Shown: positions 1 through 15,300 of the stretch, piece after piece
Layout: every line of letters begins with the position of its first letter
Position numbering within the stretch: the stretch's first letter is position 1
Assembly: GCF_964355755.1 (NCBI RefSeq)
Contig: NC_092671.1
Span: 10,664,001-10,728,000, forward strand
Direction: 5' to 3'
DNA from: Antedon mediterranea
Taxonomy: Eukaryota; Animalia; Echinodermata
Length of the DNA: 64,000 nucleotides
The notes under the pieces: generated by a model
Told to the model about the DNA's origin: nothing
Database searches by the model: none
Seen by the model: the letters and a program-made list of their open reading frames with translations, nothing else
Made by a program: the position numbers and the translations under genes

Positions 1-3
1 TAG

Positions 4-2125
<2,122 letters not shown>

Positions 2126-4789
2126 AATTAGAATTGTTCGTACCTATAGTTTGTCTGAAACCGGGTAAAAGATTATGTTCAAGAAAGAGATTATTACAAT
2201 AAACATAGGCCGTCTAATACTATCACGACTCTTGGTTGCAGCTCGACTGACTATTGTTTATTTGTGGAGTGTTGATTACTTCACATGGCTATTAAAAATT
2301 GACTATTACTAGAAATATTAATGATGATGTCGAACCAAAAAAGGTACAAGTTGTGTTCAAACGTACAAGAGTTAGCATTACATTTGCATAACTCCACCTC
2401 TATTGTATACAATAAGCAGACAATATGTTCTTCCGTTGGCTAGTTTATCGATTGTAGATAAATATGTCATAAATATAGCAATGCAGTACAGTGCATCTAA
2501 ATTCTAAATTATCCATAAGAAAATAGAATTTGATAGGATCGGAATTATTATAATTATATTCCCTTTTGAAAGCAGCAAATAATAAACAAACATGATTTTT
2601 CATTTCAGGTTTCTTTAGCACTAATTTAACTAATGGCGTGTTTCATCTTATAATTTTAGAATTAAGTTTGACCATGCATACCAAGATGGTACATGGTATA
2701 GAACAAACACTAAAGCTAATCCTAAACCATCAGGGTAAATACAGTATAATTGTATACCATATTGATTATAACTGCTACTATAAAGCTTCAAAGTGTCGTT
2801 ATTCCTTGATTGCGTTTTTAGGGTGGGTTTATTATAAAAGATTTGCCTGTTGTAGCACTTACAATTGCTGATACAGTTACTATAGAAGCTTTACAGTATG
2901 TCTGCAGTGTTTCGTATGACTGCAGTCGCTGTACCAACGAGGAAATACAATGAATTACTGAAGATATGAGTGTGTTAGGCAAAACAATTGTTCATAATGG
3001 GTTTAAATTTGTTTGACAAAGATCGTTTTTATGTATAATGTTTTTATAACTGACGTTAACCATAAGAAAAGCAGGCGCGGAATAAACTGAATTGTAGTTG
3101 AAGAATGGAATAGCAACGCTGTTGGATCAGTGCTAAATAAGGGCATTTTCTTTATGGTTGGGTTCACATGAACTTTTGATGTATCCATTATTACCAAAGT
3201 GGCGGGCCACAAGGTATGATTTAAAATAAATTTAAAATCTTTAAAATACATACTGAAATTGTATTGATTTATTTCTGTGTCTACACTATCAAACTAGTTG
3301 GAATTTTTTAGCTTGGAGTAGGTTTTCCTCCTCATAAAACATAATCGCAGATGTATTCCTGATTTCACTAAAATCGATACACCATCAGGTCTGACGCCCA
3401 CGAAACTCCATGAATGATGGGCGGAAATTGTGACGTCGAACTCTAACGATTTATTTATATACAGTTGCATTGAACATTGTATATAAAATTAAAATGTATG
3501 AACTTTCCGACATTAAGCGATTTGAAAGAATGTCGGGCACAAAGTGCATATTGTATGATTGTAAAACATTACCCCCGATTAAAACTGAAAAAATTCCCGC
3601 TATGTTTGCTGGGTTCATGTCACAGTGGTTAGATTATTACTGTTTCCTTAGGTCCTATAAGGGGGATTTCCCTCAACTTGACAGGTAGGCCTACAGCCAA
3701 GAAAATTGCAAATGTAATACAAACCAACCAGAGGAATGTTCACACATGAAAAGAAAAACTACCGTATAGTTATCAAGGCCTGGAAAATATTAATTTTTCT
3801 ATGATCCAATACATACTTTTATGTCTAAAAATGGGGGAATTAAATCATTCCTCCATGGTCTAAAGGTACAGTATACTAATTACTGTGTACTAAGACCCAG
3901 TTTAGTAGTATTAATCACATATTTATTTAATTCATGCATATATTCATCACACTTTGATGATTATAGATAATAATAACTTACTAAACGTATTGATAAGAGT
4001 TTACTGATGAAGTATCTTTATTGGTTTGAAGAATAATTTTAGCAATCAAACTGATTAAATTTCACTTTCGTTCCTGTGTCTTCTATAATAGAGTGGACAT
4101 TTTGTCAAAAAGGAAGCCTAGACGACTTATTATTGTCTGCGTACACATTTTATAATGTTTTATTTATTACTTCCTTGTTAGCATACACATAGCAAGTGTA
4201 TAATAAGGCGATAGGCCTACAATACAAAGTTTACTACCGTATACAAAATAATAAACAATCTTTTACACAGGGTGATTGTATTAGTTAGTTACCGTATATT
4301 TGTTAATAGTATGTGTGATTGAAGTAGGGGATACGCCGAGGTATGACCTAACCCTCCTCCAAACCCCACCCCCTCCCGCTCAAGAGAGAAAGGGTGGTAG
4401 TGTAAGACCTATCCGTACCTTGTAAGGATTAATATTAAATAATATTTAAATTACGTTTATTTACAATTTCATTTGGTTTATACAATACACTTGGCATTGA
4501 GTGCACAGTTAAAATACCCATTTTAGGTAACTATTATTCGTTTTACCGCATATGAATAAAGTATCATTGTAATCCGTACATACGTAGACCTACGTCATTC
4601 AATATGTGAAGGCATCCGTTGAAAGCAGCTTATGGTCCTAAAAAGGGAATTTCCCTAAGTAATAAACAGGTACAGTTTATACAGTTTATCATTCTTCCTT
4701 ATAATCTAGACCTTGGCATCCAGTCCCGTCGTTTGAAGTTTCAAACGTGAAAAGAGGGGGTGTTAAATTGTAATCTGACTACAGTACAA

Positions 4790-5065
4790 GATTCATTTAT
4801 TCATTTATTTATTCATTTCCCAACCAACAGTGAGCTCATGGTTCACCACTTACAGGAGGGAACACAGACAAACACGAACATATACAATAACAAACATTAA
4901 ACTAAACTACTAACAATGTTACGAAACTTACGGAAATTATTACTAAAGATATCTAACTCAGGGTTTCTTAAAGTAAAAGAATTATAAGTTTGACTTAATC
5001 TACTAATAAAACCATTTTTTAAAACATTTACTCTACTAAAAGGAATATGAAAAGTAGTTATATAA
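4790..5065 (-). mobile_element. 3' end fragment of a non-LTR retrotransposon (CR1/Jockey-group-like ORF2 C-terminus + tail)
   Basis: Minus-strand peptide FHIPFSRVNVLKNGFISRLSQTYN...LDIF resembles LINE ORF2 C-termini. It is followed by a short 3'UTR and an AATAAA/(TGAA/TAAA)n tail (ttcatttattcatttatttattcatt on +). Confidence 0.55.
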
Positions 5066-5646
5066 GATATTTGAATAAAAACCACAATTACACATTTTCG
5101 TAGAAAATGGTAGGAAAACGATTTTTTTTTAAATTAAAAGTCATGACCATAACAGCAAAACCATAGCCATTATATATATTTATATTTGTATTTATTGTTA
5201 ACTGTATTTGATGTTGTATTTTTTTGTGTTTCAAACCTGTTAGTGGCGGTAATTGTTGCTGTTAGTTTTGAATAAAATAAAATAAAATTACTAAGCACAA
5301 AAAAGCTCATAAACTATAAAATAGACCTATAATCGAGCGAAGCAGATTAATGCAAATTCATTAGGCCTATTAAATTGTTGGGTTTTTTGTTTGAAAAAAA
5401 GAAAATGTCCAAATTATATTAAGTTAAAAGGCATTATACATATGCCTACATAAATGAACAATTTAAATTAGGATTGTTTAACATTTTAAGATTAATTATA
5501 ACAAGAATATATTAAACGAAGCAGGAACCTCAAATTATTTTATTTTTTAATGACTTATGATATACAGTAAATGTATGTGACTAGACTCATTATGCTTATT
5601 TTGATTCATAGAAGTTATTTTTGTGTTATTCTGAAAAAGATCCTTT

Positions 5647-6480
5647 AATTCAATTCAACTTTTATTTCAGACAATTGTCCATATGGTATAATACATTACA
5701 AAGAAAACAAAAAAGATAAAGGAGAGAGGACCAAAGCTTTTATCTATTGGTATATAATGCCTCTCTCCATTTGTAGTACATGTTTAAATCCATCATCAAT
5801 ATTTATATATACAAATTAACATTCTGTTTTCGTTATTCATTATTCTTGTAAGAAATCGGTAAGTCGAAATCCTCATATTCATAAAATAATGGAATATTGT
5901 TTTCCACAAACAAATTTCTCGCACTAACAAATCTGGGTTGTCCCAACAACCTCTGGAAAGCATCAATATAACAAACTTTAAGTCGGTTAATATCTTTTTA
6001 AAAATGATTAGACCATAAAGGATAACAGTACATGTTAATACAATATGATCTGAACAAAAAACATTTGATTGATTTGGAGCAGTATGAAAATTTCCTACAT
6101 AAAACATTACCTCTAATACATAGAGATCTATATTGGCGTTTTATATCTGCCTCATCTCTTAGATTCGAAGTTAAAATATGGCCCAAGTACGTAAAATGAT
6201 TAACATACTCCAGCGCCTTATCACCCAACACAGTTTTAGGAGTCCCATAGATTCTACAAATAGTGGGACAAAACAGCATACAGTTAGACTTTTTATTATT
6301 ATAAATAATATCATGCTCAGATGCAAAACCAACACACGTGTTAACTAGTTTTTGAAGGCCTGAGGCAGAGGGAGCTAACACAACCAAATCATCAGCATAG
6401 CATAAATGATTAAAACATACATTGTTAAAATAACATCCATATCTTTACGTTTAAGAGACGTACTGAGAGTCTCAACATAA
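5647..6480 (-). mobile_element. 5'-truncated, degenerate LINE (reverse transcriptase C-terminal part; RTE-X-like)
   Basis: Minus strand reads CFNHLCYADDLVVLAPSASGLQKLVNTC...FTYLGHIL...RGNVLCRKFSYCSKSIKCFLFRSYC, with the YADD and YLG RT motifs, plus a frameshift and a stop. The 3' end ATATGGACAATTGTCTGAAATAAAAGTTGAATTGAA has a polyA signal and a short repeat tail. Confidence 0.88.
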
Positions 6481-6919
6481 TACTATATTGTATAATGTAT
6501 ATAATTAATGTATTGTTGAGTTAAAAAGCAGTATAACAAATGAAAAACCAATTAATTAAATTTAGTATAGGACCTATACATTTAAGACAAACACGACCAA
6601 ACGAACTTCATAGAAGCATTGTCTCTACATTAGCAGATTTAAACAATTAACAAATATATTTAATGTAAACGCTGATGTAGGCCTAATTGTTTTAAAATAT
6701 TAGGCCTACATTATGTGCGGCGTAAAATCATGAATCTGTGTTTGCGCAAAACAAATCTGTACCACATCTATCATCAAGAGACACATTAATATAAGGTCAA
6801 AGTCAATGTCTGGGCTTAGATCTACAATAGATTAGGCCTATAACATTATCCCGCTCGGGTATGTTCAAATAGTGAAGCATCGACTATTTATACTCATCTA
6901 CCGACAGCAAACTTCTAGA

Positions 6920-9900
6920 ATGGCGGCTCTCTTTAAACATATATGTTTTTCGACTAAAAGCGTCAATTCGAAATGTTGGAATGCCCAAAAGTTCAGCAGT
7001 TTCAAAAGGTAAGCCAAATAAATTATTCATCAACCAAATATTTGAAACAAACCTAGGCAATTTCAACGTCGGGGAAATTCCGGACGTCTTAAAAAAAAGA
7101 GTTTCATTTTGTTCAAAGTTACCAGAATAAGTTGGATGACATAAATTAATATGGCTATGACGTAATAAAACAGTCGATAAACCGCAATATCAAGGTCAAT
7201 TCCAAATGTGGAGAAGAATAACGCCATGAACGTAAGTTATGATTATTATTAATCATTATTAATATGCATTATATCATGGCCTTAACATTATATTTTATTG
7301 TAGAAACTACACCAGCCACAGACCAGTCACTTCGTGTTCTCCTCGTCTCACAGACTTCGATACTCGAGCGATTTTTAATGAAGAACATGACAACTTCCGT
7401 CAAAAAGCTCGGCAGTTTTTTAATAGTCTTGTTGCTAACCAAAGAAGGTAAGAAAATAACGAAAAAAAAAGAAAAAATGGGGTTGAATCGCCACTCCTAG
7501 TGTATTATACTATATAAAAAGCCATAGTATAATAATAGGCCTAATAATTCATTGTTATTTATGAAAGATGAATGATTATTAAAATTTACCACAAAAGAAA
7601 AAGAAAAAAAGTACGGTAAATTTAATGAATGAAAGACAATGATCAAGGAATATTTTATTTTTCTTTTATTACCGTTTCAATAGACTTTTACCTTTTGGTT
7701 TGTTCTTTCAAATTTTAAAATGTTAGATCATAAGCTTAACATTATGGTAATTAGCAAAGTTATCTAGTGTAATGTAATGTAATGTTGGCCTAGACTTTGA
7801 ACGATGTATCCTAAGTTGATAAATGAAAGTATTTTGACCTATGGTTATAGGTCTGGGCGTTTACAACGAGATAATTTGTAATAACATAAATTTACTTCAG
7901 CAATTAATTGTAATTTTCAATAAATTGAGCTTTTTAAAGTTAATGTTAAAAACATCAAATCTAACAAGCTAATTATTGATATAATATTTCTTGTAGATGG
8001 GAACTACAAGGGAAAATTGAAACGGATGTTTGGAGACAACTTGGTAATGCAGGTCTTCTGTGTGTCACTATTCCAAAGGAATATGGTGCTATCGGTGCTG
8101 ATTTCAAGACTTCTGTTATTGTCTGGGAAGAACAGTAAAGTTTTTACACACATTTCCTCACCAAAATGATTAAAAACTATGGAATAATCATACCGCTTTA
8201 ATGTTATGGCCCGGGATGCAAGCGCCTGGGATTCATGAAAAGTGTGTCTTTTGTAAAAGCCTTTACCCGTTAGTGACGTGATCTACAAAACGTATGAATG
8301 ATCATGGGGAAAATTCACATTATTCTTCTTCATTTTCTTATTAAACGAATAAGGAAAAATAACTCGTGACCACCAAGCTCTATTCAGGGAAAATAAAACA
8401 CTTTGTTGGGTCCCGAAGTGTCTCATTAATAGGATTCTACTACAGTATAATTTTGTTTAGCTTGGAAATTAATATCTCGAAACCACCAAACTCTGTCTAT
8501 TAATAGAACAAGAACAACATAATTCTTCACTGTCTTTGATATTTAATCCGTGACGTCGTCGTATCGTCATCATAACAGTATCACGACCATTATTATATTG
8601 AAAAGAGTGAAATACTTGTTTTGTGTAAACATACCTTACGTTATAACAATATTCTAATACTACAACGCTTCTTTTTCCATTAGAATGTATAGCAATGGTG
8701 TGGGGACTGCATTCCCCATTCATAGTGATATTGTAGGAACGTATATCTCAGATTTAGGAACCAAAGAACAAAAGGAAAGAATTCTACCAAAAATGGTAAC
8801 GGGTGAAATGATAGGGTGCATAGCAATGACTGAACCCCAAGCTGGCAGGCAAGTCTAATATTCTTTATTCTATTATTACCCGAGACTTTTAACTCATAAT
8901 TAATGTCTATAATTCAATTGATTTACACTAGGCATGTATGACCTTAATCGTACGAAGTGATTGTATTGGTGAATTATTATATGATTGTTTCATAATTAAA
9001 GCTTGGTTTCACTTTGATGCAATACGATTACGTAGGCGCAATCTCAAGCGACAGTATTCGAATGACCCTTTATCGCGCCGTGATTGGTCAAGTTTGGTGG
9101 ACTTAGTTCTTGCCTTGCCTTGCCTTGCATCCAATCGGGAACCAAGCTTAAAGGATGTAGGAGAAGTGTGCATGATGAAAGTAATACTTTAATAATTGGT
9201 GTGATTTTTTATAATGATTATAACACCAATTTTATTTGCACAGCGATCTACAAGGAATTAGAACGAGTGCTGTTAAAGACGGAAATGACTGGATTTTGAA
9301 TGGTAGTAAGGTAAGCCGCTATCTATAATGTTGATATTGACAACCTAATAAACTTCTATTGAAATTAAGAGATACATTTTATATTTGTTTCCGAAGTTAA
9401 AGATTGCATTGAATTGGCATAGTTATTAAGGCGTATTTAAATACATTCTTAAGGTTTTCATCTCAAATGGATATCTAGCGAACGTGAGCCTTGTTGTTGC
9501 CATAACGGATCCAAACGCAAAGAGTTTGGCGCACGGGATTAGTCTATTCTTGGTTGAAAGAGGAATGGAAGGCTACACAAGAGGGCAGCCTTTACAGAAA
9601 CTTGGACAAAAAGCTGTAGTAAGTGGTGTTGTTTTTGTAGAAGCTTGTTAATAATACATCAATTTGAAGACCCACAAAGTTTCTTCTTAGTTTGCAGTTT
9701 TTACATGTTCTTTAACACGGAATATTATTTCCGTTGTTTTGGTTCATATGTTCTTATAATTATTGTACAGTATAATATAGAGTATAGAGTGGTATATGAA
9801 AACATATTTATTATCTGTATATATAAAGTTGTAATGTTTACAAAAAAATGTATTATTATTTTTAAAGGACACGTGCGAATTATTTTTTGATGATGTTCGG

Positions 9901-11437
9901 TTGCCTCCAAGCGCTCTTCTTGGACAAGAGCATAAAGGTTTTTATCACCTAATGCAACAGTTACCAAGAGAGAGAATGCTAGTCGGATGTCTTGCTTTGG
10001 CACATAGCGAATACATATTTGAACAAACTAGAGACTTTCTCAAACTTAACGGTAGTTTGTTTGAATCACAGGTTAGTTCAGTGGCTACAACGTGTCGTAC
10101 CATTTTCATTTTAAGGTAACACGTATGTGTCCACCCTTAAGCAAGCCTTAGTTTACCAATACGAGCAAGCTTATTGCAAACAATACAAGTTTCCTAAGCA
10201 AACTTTACCAAACCTCTGTTTGTGAACTGTTTGGAGAAGTTGGTGATTCCTGTCTAGACTAGTTACAGAGGGTTATTTTGTCTATCTCGAAGATCAAATA
10301 TGTGAAAAACACATATTTTCACAAACCTCAGCAATTACTAGTTTATCAAGAAGGTGCACGGCCTAAAGCCTAATCCCAAACTTTACCAATGTTTTGTTTA
10401 AACTCGGTGCAAACTTAAGTTATCTATAGAGTAGACTTCTGTAAAATTGTTTTTGCTGATCAATGTATTCAGTTGTTCAAGAAGGAATTATAGTTGCCTT
10501 GACTTAGATCATTATTGATTGATGGATTAGGCCTAATAGAAATATAAATCAATTTTTCTATTTAATGTCTATTTTAGGAAATACAGCACAAACTTGCTGA
10601 ATTTAAAACAGACATTTGCGTTGGAAGAAGTTTTGCTGATCAATGTATTCAGTTGTTTGAGGAAGGCAGACTTAGTTCTTCTAGCGCTTCTATGCTCAAG
10701 TATTGGTAAATATAAATGCAAAGTGTATTAATCTTTCACAATGTATCTTTCTTTCGTACATTACACTATCAAAGCCGTCTGCTTTTCCAAACATATGAGT
10801 CTTCAGAAAAGAATATCGGCCTACGGCTGCTACACAGGACGATAACGATCGAGGATAAATAGATAAGCATATATTTTCTCACATAAAAACAAAAGAAATT
10901 AGACAGGTTTTCATTCTAGAACTTAACCACTTATTCTGTCTTTGACAACAGTAAAACAATAAAATATCGTCACGATATTATTTCTCTTACTATCATGACG
11001 CCATTTGATTGGACGTTTGAAAATATTTTTTCTTCTAAGTGGTTATGCTATAGTTCTAAATTAAAAACTTTTTAAATTTCTTTTAAAAATGCATATTTGT
11101 CTATTTATCCTCGATCGTTATCGTCCTAGTGTAAATTGAATTGTATTATGACTACAGTGTGTTAACCATAGAGATATATAATCATTATCTCTATGCTATA
11201 TGGCATATACGTTTTGTATATTTAACTATTACTTTAACCTTCCGTATTTTTTATAGGTGTACGGATCTAACTAACAAAATTGTGAATGAGTGTGTACAAC
11301 AACACGGTCAAAGTGGTTGCATGGCAGATAACAATGTAGCCCGTGCGTTTGTGGATTCTCGTATTCAATCAATTTATGGAGGAAGCAACGAAATCATGAA
11401 AGAACTTATTGCGAGAGATATTGTATCAAAAAAATAA
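6920..11437 (+). CDS. ACADL: Long-chain acyl-CoA dehydrogenase-like, copy 1 (about 426 aa, 9 exons; divergent C-terminal FAD motifs)
   Basis: Exons 6920-7008, 7304-7447, 7997-8134, 8684-8848 (GC donor), 9244-9310, 9454-9618, 9868-10071, 10578-10705 and 11257-11437. Basic mitochondrial-type leader MAALFKHICFSTK. Motifs IAMTEPQAGSDLQG, WILNGSKVFISNG, HGISLFLVE, DTCELFFDDVRLP, LPRERML (LCAD-type catalytic Glu) and IYGGSNEIMKELIAR. Confidence 0.93.
9000..9148. mobile_element. Harbinger-type MITE, family B (ACADL copy 1 intron 4)
   Basis: Termini AGCTTGGTTTC...GGGAACCAAGCT flanked by TAA on both sides; related to the element at 42755-42933; absent from copy 2 intron 4. Confidence 0.7.
10831..11133. 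mobile_element. Non-autonomous inverted-repeat element (MITE) in ACADL copy 1 intron 8
   Basis: About 35-bp near-perfect inverted repeats TACAC-AGGACGATAACGATCGAGGATAAATAGA...TCTATTTATCCTCGATCGTTATCGTCCTAGTGTA; not present in copy 2. Confidence 0.75.
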
Positions 11438-12306
11438 ATAAAAACAACTCTCATAGAAGCAGTTTACAAATAAATCTAGACTACACGGGGTAACTTTCAA
11501 TAGTAGACCTATTGTATTTACGTTCTGGGTAGGGGCTATTATGTAATTTTGGTTCTCTGATCAATTGATTCTTAAATAAAGACATTGTAGTGTTAGATGC
11601 AACTGGTCATTAGCGTTACACTGGTATTCTTAGGAAATAAAAATGAATGCATATCAAGTATATCAAGTGAAATATTTTTTTAATCTATGTTTGCTAACTT
11701 AATCCAACAATATGATATGATTCAACACATGACAAATTATTTTGCATATTCCGGATTCCAAAAAAGTTTGTTTGCGCGCGCTACGTAAAAAGAAATAATC
11801 TAGACTCTTTTTGTGAATTTTTCGTTCGCGACGACGACGACGTGGATGGAACTGAGACAACTATGTTTGTGTGTGGCGTTAGTTAGGGTAGGCCTATAGC
11901 ATCTAGGTATTTATCAAAATGTGCATCCAAATATCAATTGAGAGTCTAAGGTAATATAATAATTAAATAATCTACAAAAAAATACATTTTAAAAGCATCG
12001 AGTCTAGAAAAAGGAATAGGCCTATAGCAAAGATAAGATGATTGACGACTTCTCTTAAATTATTATTTACTGTAAATGCCGCTGGTAATTTTTTTAAATT
12101 TTATTATGAGCGGGTTATCAAAATCATTATCTGTGATTGCGCAATGTAACACATCTAACATCAAGGAACACATTAAATTAAGGTCAAAGTCAATGTCTGG
12201 GCTTAGATCTACAAAAGATTAAGCCTATAACATTATCCCGCTAGAGCATGTTCAAATAGTGAAGCACCGACTCTGTATACTCATCTACCGACAGCAAACT
12301 TCTAGA

Positions 12307-15300
12307 ATGGCGGCTCTCTTTAGACATATAAGTTTTTCCACTAAAAACGTCAATTCGAAATGTTGGAATTCCCAAAAGTTCAGCAGCAGTTTGAAAAAGT
12401 AAGCCCAATAAATTATTCATCAACCAAATATTTGAAACAGACTTAGGCATTTTCAACCTCGGAAAATTATAACGTTCAAAGTTACCAGAATAAGTTGGAT
12501 GACATGGATGGACACGTAATAAAACAATCGATAAACCGCAATATCAAGGTCAATTCCAAATGAGAAGAATAATGCCATGAACTTGAAGCTGTACAATGAA
12601 AACAATGTAAGTTATGATTATTAATCATTGTTAATATTGTATTTTATTGTAGAAACTACACCAGCTACAGACCAGTCACTTCGTGTTCTCCTCGTCTCAC
12701 AGACTTCAATACTCGAGCGATTTTTAACGAAGAACATGACAATTTCCGCAAAAAAGCTCGGCAGTTTTTTAAAAGTCTTGTTGCTAACCAAAGAAGGTAA
12801 GAAAAAAAACCCGAAAAGGGTAGAAAATGGGGTTGAATCTCCACCCCTAGTATTTTATATATAAAGGCCAAACTATAATAATGATTCATTTTATTAAAAG
12901 ATTTTAGATATGAATGATTATTAAAACTGTGGTTTATCACAAAAGAAGGAAAAAAGTACGGTAAAAGAAGAAGAACTGAGTCTTTAAACAGTGTGATGAA
13001 GGAAGATTTGATTTTGTCTTCTCACCGTTTCAATAACCTTTCCCCTTTTTAGTTTAGTCCTTCAAATTTGAGTAAAACCCTCACTCATGTAATATTAGAT
13101 AAGCTTAACATTAGGATAATTAGACAGTTATCTAGTTTAAATAAAGTAGATGCAGACTTTGTACAATGTGTCCTGATAAATGAAAGTATTTTTCTACCTA
13201 TGGTTGTAGGCTTGGGCGTTCACAATGAAATAATTTGTAATAAAATTAATGTACAATTAATAAAAACAACTGTCTTTCATAATTTGCAGTAAATTGAGCT
13301 TCTAAACGTGGTTTACCGTATATTTTGTCTAATTATTCATGAATCTTATAGATGGGAATTACAAGGAATAATTGACACCGATGTTTGGCGACAAGTTGGT
13401 GACGCTGGTCTGCTATGTGTGACTGCTCCAAAGCAATACGGCGGTATTGGTGCTGATTACAAGTCTTCCGTTATTCTATGGGAGGAACAGTAATGTTAAT
13501 TTCTTTCCTTTTTTGTGCACAAATTTGCTCACCAAATTGATTAAAACTAAAATAACCACTTATATTCTACCGCTTCAGCATTTGGTCGGATACATGCAAG
13601 GTTGTCGCTTGACGAATAACGTGTTCAGAATTAATTTCACTACTATATTACTTTAAAGCTCAGGTACAGGCATGAATTTTAAATATAATATTTGGTTAAT
13701 TGTACATAAATCAAATATTTGTAACAGAAATCAAGACGAAAAAACATGAATTTCCCTTAATATGGTCAAATACAAAATTTGGCAAAATTCTTCCATAAAA
13801 ACAAGGAAGACTTTTTTTCAGTAGTTAGGTAGTTAACCTAATGTAATAACATTTCTGGTGACTCCCTAGACGTTAAAAAAAGATGGTGGATATACGGTGG
13901 ATAATTTTTGCTATAGCAGGAAAATAAAAATCTGAAGTTGAATAAAAATATCAGAAATGTAATATTCAAGTTATATTACCTATATTTAGTCATCTGATAA
14001 CATTTTTTACCACACCGTTTATTTTTCATAGCTTTTTAAAATGCCTCTCTATTTACAAAATTTGTGGAGAAAAGAATAGAGATTTTACTGTGTAATTTGA
14101 ACTATCCCTCCACTGATGAGAAAGTGCTTATTTTCCACAAGCTCGTGTAACACAAATAAAATCCCAAAAATTATGAAACATAGGGGAAACTAATAGATCG
14201 ATAATTATTGGAATGTATGATCAATAGAAATTTTTTGCCCGTACCTGGCCTTTAAGAGAACATATGAAAACGAATGAGGGGCATTCTTTGATTTACGATA
14301 CCAACCCCTATTCAGGCGAATAGGGGTATTATTAAGAAAACACTTTATTGGGCCCCGAATGTGTCTAATTAATGGGGTTTATTAATTAACATTCATTATT
14401 TGTATACTATACTTTTGTTTAGTTGGTCATCTAATATCTCGATTACCACCAACGATAAACATGGATTTTGTCTAATATTAGAGCTAATTCACCTTCTTTA
14501 AATCGTAATTTCCGTGACGTCATTATCATTATCATCACTATAATAGTCTATACTAAATAAAGAGTGAGGTATAATCTATTACCTGTTTTTGTGAACACAA
14601 ACAACGTTTTTTTTTATTAGAATGTACAAAAATGGCGTGGGTTCATTTTTCCCCTTACATAGCGATATTGTAGGAACGTATATCTCAGATTTAGGAACCA
14701 AAGAGCAAAAGGAAAGAATCCTGCCAAAAATGGTAACGGGTGAAATGATAGGGTGCATAGCAATGACCGAACCTCAAGCTGGCAGGCAAGTCTTTATTAT
14801 TCTTTATAAAGTTCTATATTCCAATATTTAGCACTTAAATAACTCATTCAGCTTACTTTCACTGAATTTACCGGCATTAATCATGGCAGTAATAATTAAT
14901 CATAAAGTGAATAGCAATGCATATTAGTATTGTTGTTGATAATGATGATGACGATGATCTTTATTTTAATTACACAGCGATATACAAGGGATTAGAACGA
15001 GTGCTGTTAAAGATGGAAATGACTGGATTTTGAATGGTAGTAAGGTAAAACAAGCCCTGTCTATATCGTTGTACTCCTATGCATAATTGTATTATTGACA
15101 ACATCTGTTGAAATCACAAGATCTATGGTAACCTGCACCCGAGGTTTAAACATGGAAGATTTGTATCCGAAATTAAATAAAGATTGAATTAAATTGTTAC
15201 AATTTGTGTGATATTCGCCTCAACTCTTAAATAAAGTCAGTATTAACGTTTATTGAAATCAATTGTTAAGGTTTTCATCTCGAATGGATATCTAGCGGAC

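Noticed and set aside
2126-6919. MyD88 next to a beta-oxidation gene as an echo of vertebrate MYD88-ACAA1 linkage
   Set aside because: ACADL is unrelated to the thiolase ACAA1 and the arrangement here is tail-to-head, so there is no evidence of homologous synteny.
6884-7066. Duplicated minus-strand ORFs (6884-7066 and 12241-12456) and + ORFs 7264-7500 and 12628-12864
   Set aside because: They are antisense or wrong-frame shadows of ACADL exons 1-2; their similarity only reflects the tandem duplication.
10252-10259. Second GTCTAGAC palindrome
   Set aside because: Isolated in copy-specific ACADL intron sequence with no partner motifs; probably chance.
11230-11256. TTTAACC/CTAACC resembling a U12 branch site before ACADL exon 9
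   Set aside because: The donors of this intron are GTAAAT and GTAAGA, not RTATCCT, so it is an ordinary U2 intron.
11426-11437. C-terminal SKK as a peroxisomal PTS1, or stop readthrough in copy 2
   Set aside because: SKK is not a PTS1 consensus, and readthrough of the copy 2 TGA gives IRIDIM with no targeting signal; the N-terminus looks mitochondrial.
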